DNA of 64,000 nucleotides from a virus. The translations under genes and the position numbers were made by a program. The notes under the pieces are model-generated. The model was not told the origin of the DNA and ran no database searches. It saw nothing but the letters and a program-made list of their open reading frames with translations. This document shows, one piece after another, positions 7,539 to 15,236 of the stretch. The stretch is from IMG/VR virus record IMGVR_UViG_3300045988_143356, one strand, 5' to 3'. Within the stretch, counting starts at the first letter, position 1; each line of letters starts with the position of its first letter.

Positions 7539-8300
7539 ATGGACAAGAACGAGGTTTGGATGGAGAAGCGCTGCGGCAGGATTACCGCGAGCGAGCTGGG
7601 GCAGATAGTGTCCGCGTCCGGTAAGGTCATAGACGGGAATGTGTCGTATGTCCGCGCGAAGAGATTCGAGCGCGGGCACGGGTTCTCGCTGCCGGTGTCG
7701 GCAAGGGCTATGGACATCGGGAACGAGACGGAGCCGGACATCTTCCGCTGGGCCGTGGAGAACCTTCCGGAGTGCGGGGCGGCGCGTTTCGTGTACTCGA
7801 AGGACCTTCCGGAGGTGCCTTTCTGGGTTCCTGGGGGGATGCCGATGTTCGGCGCGAGCCCGGACGCCTATTCAGAGGACGAGAGCGTGGTTCTTGAGTT
7901 CAAGACGATGGTGGGCAACGAGACGGTGGAGTTCTTCTGTGACGGCCGTACGTGTTACGAGGAGAAGGCCCTGCGTGTGTTCAAGGACCACGGCCCGCAG
8001 ATTCTGGGTCTGTTCCTGTCGAACCCGAAGGTTCGGAGCGTCGTTCTTGTGAAGTATGTCCCGCAGAGGGACGACATCATGAGGGACACGGACTCGCCGC
8101 TTGCCCCGTGGCGCGGCGTGGTGTTCCGTTTCCGCAGGGAGGACTACGTCGAAAGCATCGAGGAGATGCGCCGCAGGGTGCTTCTTTTTGACGCTTTCAT
8201 AGACTCGGTTATAAACCCTTCGCGGATGAAGGACGGCTGGGAGCTTGTGGACGGGAAGTTGGTCAAGGTTGAAAAAGAGAGGAAAAGTGTTGCTGGATAA
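7539..8300 (+). CDS. YqaJ/lambda-Exo-like recombination exonuclease
   Basis: WMEKRCGRITASELGQIV, GNETEP, FGASPDAY...VVLEFKT match the YqaJ PD-(D/E)xK pattern. Confidence 0.75.
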   Translation: MDKNEVWMEKRCGRITASELGQIVSASGKVIDGNVSYVRAKRFERGHGFSLPVSARAMDIGNETEPDIFRWAVENLPECGAARFVYSKDLPEVPFWVPGGMPMFGASPDAYSEDESVVLEFKTMVGNETVEFFCDGRTCYEEKALRVFKDHGPQILGLFLSNPKVRSVVLVKYVPQRDDIMRDTDSPLAPWRGVVFRFRREDYVESIEEMRRRVLLFDAFIDSVINPSRMKDGWELVDGKLVKVEKERKSVAG

Positions 8301-8517
8301 CTGTTACATCTGCATTGACGGTCGCCGGATGGGGCGTCTCCGGCAGGGCGAGGACGGCGAGATGAGGCTGTTCCGCATGCCGGGGTGCTCCATCGGCGTC
8401 TATTTCGAGATGCTGGGATGGTTGATGGATAACGAGGATAACATAGCATGGGATTCGGTCAAAGAAGAAGGCCCCCGGAGGCCGACAGGAAGCTGTACGC
8501 TTACAAGACGCCGCTGA
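8245..8517 (+). CDS. hypothetical protein (possibly the 5' part of the next gene)
   Basis: Track ORF; likely GTG start near 8287; overlaps 8448..9200 by 70 nt around a C5 run. Confidence 0.3.
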   Translation: MWTGSWSRLKKRGKVLLDNCYICIDGRRMGRLRQGEDGEMRLFRMPGCSIGVYFEMLGWLMDNEDNIAWDSVKEEGPRRPTGSCTLTRRR

Positions 8518-9200
8518 ACAGACGGAGCGCGCCTTACATAGTGCGTTTCTTCGACTACTGCTACAAGCGCGGTGTCTGGGACGCTTGCGACCACGGTGAC
8601 GACTACGAGGTGCGGAGCTTCGTGGAGGAGCATTCCGTGTCGTGGAGGTTCGCCGTGCTCGGCGAGCCTGGCGACCTTGACTGGGAGACCTGGCGCTTCC
8701 TTATGTACCGCTGGGCGAAGGAGCGCGGGATGAACGAGCTCGCGGAGTACTACATCTACGAGATAGTCCGTCAGAACCATCTGTGGTATTTCCTTCCGTA
8801 CTGCATGCGCTTCTATCTGAAAGGCATGGCAGACTGGCTGAAAAGGCCGGAGCCGGGCGGGATAGACCTGTTCATGTCCACGCCGAGGGAGCGGTGGGTC
8901 ACTGACGGGAGGCTGTCCGTCCGCATGGTCAACACGGACTACGTTTCGGACATGCACATGTTCGCCTTCGAGTACCGCAGGGTGCCGGAGGACGACCGCG
9001 CGTTCAGCATCATAGCGTTCGAGCAGTACGCCCGCGCCATACACGACCTGACAAGGAAGTGGCGGGGCAGGCAGCAGTTCACATATCAAGTCCGGAAGGA
9101 CCTGGAGGGGATCAAAAAGGAATCGTATGGAAGCGAAGAGTCAAGTATTAAACATGGACTGCCTGGAGTTCCTGAGGGAGCAGCCGGACAAGAGCTTTGA
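8448..9200 (+). CDS. hypothetical protein
   Basis: 250-aa ORF, Trp/Tyr-rich, no motif recognised; 3' end overlaps the methyltransferase start. Confidence 0.5.
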   Translation: MGFGQRRRPPEADRKLYAYKTPLNRRSAPYIVRFFDYCYKRGVWDACDHGDDYEVRSFVEEHSVSWRFAVLGEPGDLDWETWRFLMYRWAKERGMNELAEYYIYEIVRQNHLWYFLPYCMRFYLKGMADWLKRPEPGGIDLFMSTPRERWVTDGRLSVRMVNTDYVSDMHMFAFEYRRVPEDDRAFSIIAFEQYARAIHDLTRKWRGRQQFTYQVRKDLEGIKKESYGSEESSIKHGLPGVPEGAAGQEL

Positions 9201-9829
9201 CCTGGCGGTGGTCGATCCGCCTTACGGGGGAGCCAATGACCTCAGTATCAATGGGGGGGGGGCGTTTCGGCGAAAGGTTCGACCGCTACAAGAACGGGCG
9301 GGACATGGGCGACGAAGTACGGAAAAAAATCATAGGCTGGGACGTGGCACCCGGCGAGGAATATTTCAAGGAGCTTTTCCGTGTCTCGAAGAATCAGATA
9401 ATCTGGGGTGGGAACTATTTCTCTCTCCCGCCGACAAGGTGCTTCCTTGTCTGGCGCAAGCTGACCATATCCGAGAGTTTCACGATGGCGATGGCGGAGT
9501 ACGCGTGGACAAGCTTCAACGGCAACGCCAAGGTGTTCGAGTGCGCTCCGCAGGGCGCGTCGAAGGATCAGCGGTTCCACCCGACGCAGAAGCCCGTCGC
9601 GCTTTACACGTGGGTCTTCAAGCAGTTCGCCAAGCCGGGGGACAGGGTTCTGGACACGCATCTTGGGAGCGGATCGTCAAGGATAGCGGCGTACGGCCTG
9701 GACCTGGACTTCACCGGGATAGAGATAGACAAGGATTATTTCGACAAGTCGGTGGAGCGTTTCGAGCGCGTCTGTCACGGCGTGCAGGACATCGGCGGTC
9801 ACAAGGTGGAGCAGGGCAGCCTGTTTTAG
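9127..9829 (+). CDS. DNA N6-adenine/N4-cytosine methyltransferase, reading frame broken at a G10 tract
   Basis: N-terminal frame: NMDCLEFLREQPDKSFDLAVVDPPYG (motif IV). C-terminal frame (track 9197..9829): NQIIWGGNYF, HPTQKP, DRVLDTHLGSGSS (motif I). The two frames differ by +1 and meet at the G run 9253-9262. Confidence 0.75.
9253..9262 (+). repeat. homopolymeric G10 tract inside the methyltransferase gene
   Basis: Counted codon by codon: aat ggg ggg ggg gcg in the N-terminal frame, atg ggg ggg ggg cgt in the C-terminal frame; G9 or G12 would fuse the frames. Confidence 0.9.
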
Positions 9830-9830
9830 G

Positions 9831-10334
9831 ATGGGGCTGGGCATAGACATAGCCGACAAGGCGCCGAAGCTTTTCCGCACGGGGCACGAGAATCCAGGGG
9901 AGTTCCGCCTGGATTATATCCTGCTTCCCTACGGCCTCTTCTACGAGAAGACTTCCTGCGTGTTGAAGGCCAAGAGGGGGGACCGGATAAGGCTTTTCAA
10001 CGGCCCCGACTGCCGCATAATCAAGGCCGTGGTGGTCGAGGGTGACCTGTGCGATTTGCTTTGCCGGATGCGCTATGGCGTGGCCTGGCGCATAGCGTAC
10101 CAGAAGTGGCTTCTGAACGCCCGCATGGAGGGTTTCGGCAAGGATGTATTCTTTGAGGACAAGTGTATTTTTGTGGTTTTTGACAGGGATGACAACAAGG
10201 AGGAACAGAACACCGCGGCCGTCGCGCTGCGTGGAAACAAAAGTGTACCGGGTGCAGGCAAGAGGCGCGGACGCCCTGCTTCTGCCAAGAAACGCCGTGG
10301 AAGACGCGTTCTGGACAAGAGGGGCAGAGGTTGA
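9831..10334 (+). CDS. hypothetical protein with AT-hook-like basic tail
   Basis: 167-aa ORF; C-terminus GKRRGRPASAKKRRGRR (RGRP core). Confidence 0.5.
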   Translation: MGLGIDIADKAPKLFRTGHENPGEFRLDYILLPYGLFYEKTSCVLKAKRGDRIRLFNGPDCRIIKAVVVEGDLCDLLCRMRYGVAWRIAYQKWLLNARMEGFGKDVFFEDKCIFVVFDRDDNKEEQNTAAVALRGNKSVPGAGKRRGRPASAKKRRGRRVLDKRGRG

Positions 10335-10542
10335 CGCGCTTTTCGAGACGCTTGACGGCAAGAGGTCGCGCCCGCGTTTCATCGCGGCCTGGAACGACAA
10401 GGGAGGCGAGTACGACGGCGAGCTGGATGATGTTTGCCGGCAGCGCTTCGGGTTCCCGTTCGTGAACATCCGGTCGATGTGGAACTGTCGGCTGGGTTTT
10501 GTCGATGACTACTGGTTTTTGGTGGAGTTGGAAGAGGCATGA
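10297..10542 (+). CDS. hypothetical protein (start uncertain)
   Basis: 3' part of track ORF 10144..10542; GTG at 10297 is the first plausible start limiting overlap with 9831..10334; ATGA-type junction with the helicase start. Confidence 0.3.
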   Translation: MEDAFWTRGAEVDALFETLDGKRSRPRFIAAWNDKGGEYDGELDDVCRQRFGFPFVNIRSMWNCRLGFVDDYWFLVELEEA

Positions 10543-12089
10543 TCAAGCTTAGGGACTATCAAAACACTGCTGTAGCCGAGATACGGGAGGCTTTGGTGCG
10601 GTATCGCAAGGTGCTTTTCTGCGCTCCGTGCGGTATGGGCAAAACTATCTGTTTCAGTTACATTGCGCAACAAAGCCAGAGATTCAACCGCAAGGTTTTG
10701 ATTCTATCAAGCCGTTGCGAGATATTGATGCAAAACGGTGGTGCGTTGGAAAGCTTCAATCTGGACATCGACTATATTTCACCGAAGCACAAGAACGTGC
10801 CGACACGCAATGTTGTGGTGGCGATGGCGCAGACGTTGAAACGCCGTGTGGAGAAGCAGGAATGGCGTGACTATCTTGCTGGTGTGGAGTTTGTGATAAT
10901 AGACGAGTGCCACGAGTGCATCACTGACTACATACATCCATATCTGCGCGAGGACGTATGGCTTCTTGGTGTCACCGCCACGCCTTGCCGCAGGTCTCAC
11001 CAGGCGCAACTTGGAAGTTTCTATAAGGCTATGGTACGCACGGTGACGGTGAAGGATTTGGTGTCTATGGGGTATCTTTCCAAGTCAACGTTCTATTCGA
11101 TAGTGGCGCCGTCTTTGGAAGGCGTGAACATAGATTCCGGCACTGGCGACTATAATAAGCGCCAGTTGGCTCAGCGGTTCGAGAGCAAGAAACTCTACAC
11201 GGGTATAGTTGACGAGTATCAGCGTCTTACACCGGGACAGAAGACCATCTGTTTCTGCGTGAGCGCAAAGCAGGCGATAGACATCACCGCCGAGTTCTGT
11301 TCGCGTGGCGTGTCCGCGAAATACGTTCTTTCCGGAGACTTCGATTCCGACGAGACATATAGCGGCAGGCGCGATGACGTATTTGACGAGTTCCGTGACA
11401 ACAAGTTTCAGGTTCTTGTGAATGTAGGTGTCTGCACCGCCGGATTTGATCAGCGCGACATTGAGGTTGTTATTCTGAATTTCGCCACGGTGTCGTTGAG
11501 CCGTTATCTTCAAGCCGTGGGGAGGGGCGCGCGTGTTACCGACACGAAACACGAGTTTACGGTTCTGGATGCGGGTGGAAACTACGCCAAGTTCGGTATC
11601 TATGAGAAGGACAGGGATTTCTCCTTATGGCACGACGAGCATAGCAGCGCGGGTGTGATGGCTATGAAGATTTGCGACACTACAAAACTCGATTGTGAGG
11701 GTAAGCGTGGCTGCGGTTGTATGATTCCGATATCATTGAAGGTCTGTCCTAATTGCGGTTACATATTCAGGACAGCCGAGTACGAGTACAGACTCCACTT
11801 GGAAAAGGTGCAGGAGGAGTCGGAATATGGCAGCATTGAGTCTTTCGCCTCCGCCAAGCGTCTTGAAGGCTGGAAAATCAACCGAATATGCGTTGCGGTA
11901 TGCTTGAAAGACCCAGACAATGCCAAGAAGTGCTGTATGAAGGCGTATCTTGCGGTCAATCCCGACAAGTCTCTGCGTGATGCGGAGCGCTTCTGGTGGG
12001 CGTTCCAGAAGAACGTGTGGAGCAAGGTAAAAACCAAGCGCAAGCCGGTTTGCTCTTCGGGCGGAAAAGAGTTAACTTTGCCCTTATGA
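10539..12089 (+). CDS. SF2 DEAD/DEAH-box DNA helicase with C-terminal zinc ribbon
   Basis: LRDYQ, Walker A APCGMGKT, DEAH-type IIDECH, TATP, QAVGRGAR, CPNCGYIF. Confidence 0.85.
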   Translation: MIKLRDYQNTAVAEIREALVRYRKVLFCAPCGMGKTICFSYIAQQSQRFNRKVLILSSRCEILMQNGGALESFNLDIDYISPKHKNVPTRNVVVAMAQTLKRRVEKQEWRDYLAGVEFVIIDECHECITDYIHPYLREDVWLLGVTATPCRRSHQAQLGSFYKAMVRTVTVKDLVSMGYLSKSTFYSIVAPSLEGVNIDSGTGDYNKRQLAQRFESKKLYTGIVDEYQRLTPGQKTICFCVSAKQAIDITAEFCSRGVSAKYVLSGDFDSDETYSGRRDDVFDEFRDNKFQVLVNVGVCTAGFDQRDIEVVILNFATVSLSRYLQAVGRGARVTDTKHEFTVLDAGGNYAKFGIYEKDRDFSLWHDEHSSAGVMAMKICDTTKLDCEGKRGCGCMIPISLKVCPNCGYIFRTAEYEYRLHLEKVQEESEYGSIESFASAKRLEGWKINRICVAVCLKDPDNAKKCCMKAYLAVNPDKSLRDAERFWWAFQKNVWSKVKTKRKPVCSSGGKELTLPL

Positions 12090-12487
12090 TAACAGAAGCA
12101 GAAGAAAGACCAAAGAAACGTGGTCACGGTCAACCGGAGGCACGCATACAGGCAAGCTGTGTGGCTTGGCTTTGGAACACCTATCCAAAGACGAGGGGAT
12201 GCTATATTCATATCCCCAACGAAGGCAACCGCAGCAGTGTTATAGACGGTGCCGCAAGAAAGGCTCTCGGACTGATTGCGGGCGCTCCGGACACATTCCT
12301 TTTCATCCCGAACAAGAGGTATTTCGGCCTTGCTGTCGAGTTCAAGACGGAGACTGGAGTACAGAGCCAGGCGCAGAAAGATTTCCAGAAAAGGCTTGAA
12401 ATTAACGGCTACCGCTACGAGCTTTGCCGTTCTTTGGAACAATTCAAAACAATAATAGAAGAATATCTTAGCGATGGCAGCAGGTAA
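12086..12487 (+). CDS. VRR-NUC domain nuclease
   Basis: EARIQASCVAWL...IPNEGNRS...GLIAGAPDTFLF...LAVEFKTETGVQSQAQKDF; ATG 12086 overlaps the helicase stop (ATGA). Confidence 0.75.
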   Translation: MITEAEERPKKRGHGQPEARIQASCVAWLWNTYPKTRGCYIHIPNEGNRSSVIDGAARKALGLIAGAPDTFLFIPNKRYFGLAVEFKTETGVQSQAQKDFQKRLEINGYRYELCRSLEQFKTIIEEYLSDGSR

Positions 12488-13109
12488 ACCATTGATACCT
12501 TTGCGCCCGGACAATTTCATTTCTCCGTTGACGCAGGACGAGCAGTCCGCACTCACATGGCACGTCCTTTCGGGATGTCCCAAGAAGACGGCATTCTTGC
12601 TTTTCGCAAGGCCGGATATGCTTACATCCAAGGCCCAGGCGGCGATAGACTCCTATGTCAGGCAGTTCTACGCCAGGCCCGAGAGCATTGATTACATGAG
12701 GGCGTACAGCGACACCCTTGACGCCTTCCTTCACCCGAAGGTGGTCACAGAGGAGAAGCGCCCGATTGCGGAGCGCAAGGCGGCGTCGAAGGCTAAGCTG
12801 ATGGAGTTCGCGATGACGATGATAGACAACATCGAGCAGGCGCAGGACCCGGAGTTCGTGTTGAAGATGGCTGACAAGTTGTCACTTCTCGACGGCGGCG
12901 AGGAGAAGCCGGAGAAGCCGAGGCGCTACCTTCCGGTGTCGTGCATGCAGGAGTGCCGCTACCGTCTTTTCTGCGAGGAGAACACGGTTGACGAGTGCCA
13001 GTACTGCAAGTACAAGCGTTTCTCCGAGGAGAACGGTCTTGTGCTGACACCGCAGACCCAGCTTGATGTGGCACGGGATTTGAAGGAGGAAGGGGAAAAG
13101 GATTCGTAA
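12474..13109 (+). CDS. hypothetical protein
   Basis: 211-aa ORF; Cys cluster CMQECRYRLFC...CQYCKY near the C-terminus; function unknown. Confidence 0.55.
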   Translation: MAAGKPLIPLRPDNFISPLTQDEQSALTWHVLSGCPKKTAFLLFARPDMLTSKAQAAIDSYVRQFYARPESIDYMRAYSDTLDAFLHPKVVTEEKRPIAERKAASKAKLMEFAMTMIDNIEQAQDPEFVLKMADKLSLLDGGEEKPEKPRRYLPVSCMQECRYRLFCEENTVDECQYCKYKRFSEENGLVLTPQTQLDVARDLKEEGEKDS

Positions 13110-13498
13110 TGGAAAAAGAACTGAAACAAAAATTCGAGGAGGTATGCAACGCATACCTTGACGCTTTCGTGAAGAGGCACGATCTGGTCTCGGCGGACTG
13201 GGTAGGTCCGGGCGTGGGCGAAATCGTTTGCGCAAACGACGATGTTTTTCTTGACTTCAATGACATTCGCTACGATGTGGACAACACCGCCTCGCTGTGC
13301 GTCAACGAGATATGGGACTGGGTGGACTACTGCCGAAGGCTTGAATATCTTGAGTGCCCGAAGAAAATCAACTTTCCCTCATGGTGCAAGGGCGCGCCGA
13401 AGCCGTACACCTTAAAGATGCTGGACGAGCTGGAGCGGCTACACGATGCCGTCCTTGAGTCGAAGCGGCGTTTGTCGGCGTGTTTTGTGCAGCAATGA
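13109..13498 (+). CDS. hypothetical protein
   Basis: 129-aa ORF starting at the stop of the previous gene. Confidence 0.55.
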   Translation: MEKELKQKFEEVCNAYLDAFVKRHDLVSADWVGPGVGEIVCANDDVFLDFNDIRYDVDNTASLCVNEIWDWVDYCRRLEYLECPKKINFPSWCKGAPKPYTLKMLDELERLHDAVLESKRRLSACFVQQ

Positions 13499-13571
13499 AA
13501 CTCATGAAGTGGCACGAGATACCTGAGAACGCCGGCAAGGGGCATTACTTCAATTTTATAGAGAAAACGGT

Positions 13572-14348
13572 ATGACAATAAATGGTAAGGTTCACTGTTT
13601 CTTCGAGCAAAGCGGGACTTTCAAGAACGAGTTCAAGAAATTAGGGATAGATGCGGTGGATGTGGACATCCAAAACAATTTCGGCCAGACCGACCATGTT
13701 GTCGATTTGTTCGCCGAGATTGAAACCGCTTATGGGGGGGGGCAATCAAAGGTTTGGGATTCGATTACTTGCGATGATTTGATTATGGCGTTTTTCCCTT
13801 GCATATATTTTTCAGCATTATCGCAAATGGCTTTTTCATTTGGATGTGTAAATTATAGAAAGTTGTCAGACAAGGAAAAGGCTGATGCGATACTTGAAAG
13901 AAGCCATAACAGAGAATATTTTTTCGGGTTGGCGGTAAAGATGTTGACAGTGGCGAAAATGCGTGGATTGAGATTGATAATGGAGAACCCTTGGGCAGAA
14001 CAAACTTTTTTGAAGGCAAACTTCGTGATGCCTCCGACATTAGTGGATAACAATCGTATGCTGCGAGGTGATTACTTTGTGAAGCCTACGGCTTATTGGT
14101 TTATTAACTGCAAACCAACATACGGATTGACAGAACAAAAAGACAAAAAAGCAAAAACGATAAACAAGGCTAAGCCCGGAATCAGAGCTGGGATATGCTC
14201 CGAGGAGCGCAGCATGATAAGCCCCGACTACGCGAGGAACTTCATCTGCGACTTCATCCTTGGGAAAGAGCAGAAAGGGACACAACTTAATTTGTTTGAA
14301 AATGAGCAGGACAAACATACTGATAAACGATTCAGGCACCGACTTTAG
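13572..14348 (+). CDS. divergent C5-cytosine DNA methyltransferase-like protein
   Basis: FFEQSGTF (motif I-like), FFPCIYFS (PC motif IV-like), IMENPW (ENV motif VI-like); contains an in-frame G9 tract. Confidence 0.5.
   Translation: MTINGKVHCFFEQSGTFKNEFKKLGIDAVDVDIQNNFGQTDHVVDLFAEIETAYGGGQSKVWDSITCDDLIMAFFPCIYFSALSQMAFSFGCVNYRKLSDKEKADAILERSHNREYFFGLAVKMLTVAKMRGLRLIMENPWAEQTFLKANFVMPPTLVDNNRMLRGDYFVKPTAYWFINCKPTYGLTEQKDKKAKTINKAKPGIRAGICSEERSMISPDYARNFICDFILGKEQKGTQLNLFENEQDKHTDKRFRHRL
13734..13742 (+). repeat. homopolymeric G9 tract inside the second methyltransferase-like gene
   Basis: tat ggg ggg ggg caa = YGGGQ, in frame as given. Confidence 0.9.
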
Positions 14349-14775
14349 TGCGGAGGGATATGCCGCGCTGGGCGTGTTATTGGAGATGGTCTGGGGAATC
14401 CAGACGATGGGCGCGAGAATGGCCAAGGCCCTTGACCGCATAGGCGCAAAGGACTGTCTTGTGCAGCGCAAGAAACACGCCTTCAACGAGGCGAAAAAGA
14501 ACATCAACGCCTTTCTGAAAGGCTTGGAGGCCGCCTTTGACGAGACGTTTAATTACGCTATGTGCCGCGTGCCGGAGGGAACTTTGGAGCGCACGGAGGC
14601 TTTGCAGTCCTACGCCGACGACATCGTGCGGCTGCTTATACTGTACTATTCGAGGGTTGACGGAGACCCGCAGGGCAACGACAAGCGTCAAAGGGTGCAC
14701 AAGGCGATAGCGAACTTCAAGCCTGTTCCGGGCTTTGACGCCGAGGCACTGATCAAGTTTTTCAAGATGCAATAA
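14302..14775 (+). CDS. hypothetical protein
   Basis: ATG 14302 within track ORF 14260..14775; overlaps the previous gene end. Confidence 0.5.
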   Translation: MSRTNILINDSGTDFSAEGYAALGVLLEMVWGIQTMGARMAKALDRIGAKDCLVQRKKHAFNEAKKNINAFLKGLEAAFDETFNYAMCRVPEGTLERTEALQSYADDIVRLLILYYSRVDGDPQGNDKRQRVHKAIANFKPVPGFDAEALIKFFKMQ

Positions 14776-14793
14776 CTTATTATTCAATAATAT

Positions 14794-15147
14794 ATGGACA
14801 ACGTAATCAAAGGAAGAGTCGTCGCCGTTCCACCGATGGCGACGGGCGAGGGTCAGAGAGGCCCTTGGAAAAGGCAGACGGTGGTAATCGAGTTCCAGGA
14901 CGGGCGCTATACAAGCAAGCTGGCCCTCGACAACAGTTTCAAGGCCGACGAGTTCGCCAAGCTGCGCCCCGGTCAGGTTGTGACGTGCCACTATGACGTG
15001 ACAAGCCGTGAGTATAACGGAAGGTACTACCATACTGTGACATGCTTCGACTGGGAGGTTGAGGGCGCTCAGGTGGCGGCTCCCGCTAATGCGAATAACG
15101 CCCCTGCGACGGCAGCGCAGGACAAAGGCGACGGACTGCCGTTTTAG
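14794..15147 (+). CDS. DUF3127-type OB-fold, SSB-like protein
   Basis: GRVVAV...GEGQRGPWKRQTVVIE...SREYNGRYYHTVTCFDWE pattern of Bacteroidota DUF3127 proteins; low-complexity linker and C-terminal GDGLPF tip. Confidence 0.65.
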   Translation: MDNVIKGRVVAVPPMATGEGQRGPWKRQTVVIEFQDGRYTSKLALDNSFKADEFAKLRPGQVVTCHYDVTSREYNGRYYHTVTCFDWEVEGAQVAAPANANNAPATAAQDKGDGLPF

Positions 15148-15204
15148 TGTTTAACCCAGCCTGGGTTAGACGTGTGTATGAACATATTTGAGTAAAGAAA
15201 AAAG

Positions 15205-15236
15205 AAGGGCCGCCGTGAGGCGTCCCTTTCTTTTTA
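15205..15236. terminator. bidirectional rho-independent terminator
   Basis: AAGGGCCGCC-GTGA-GGCGTCCCTT stem (one mismatch) with GNRA loop, T-run on both strands, between convergent genes. Confidence 0.6.

Noticed and set aside
15152-15168. Palindrome TAACCCAG-C-CTGGGTTA as a terminator
   Set aside because: As RNA it would leave a loop of 1-3 nt and has no T-tract. The adjacent hairpin at 15205-15236 is the credible terminator.
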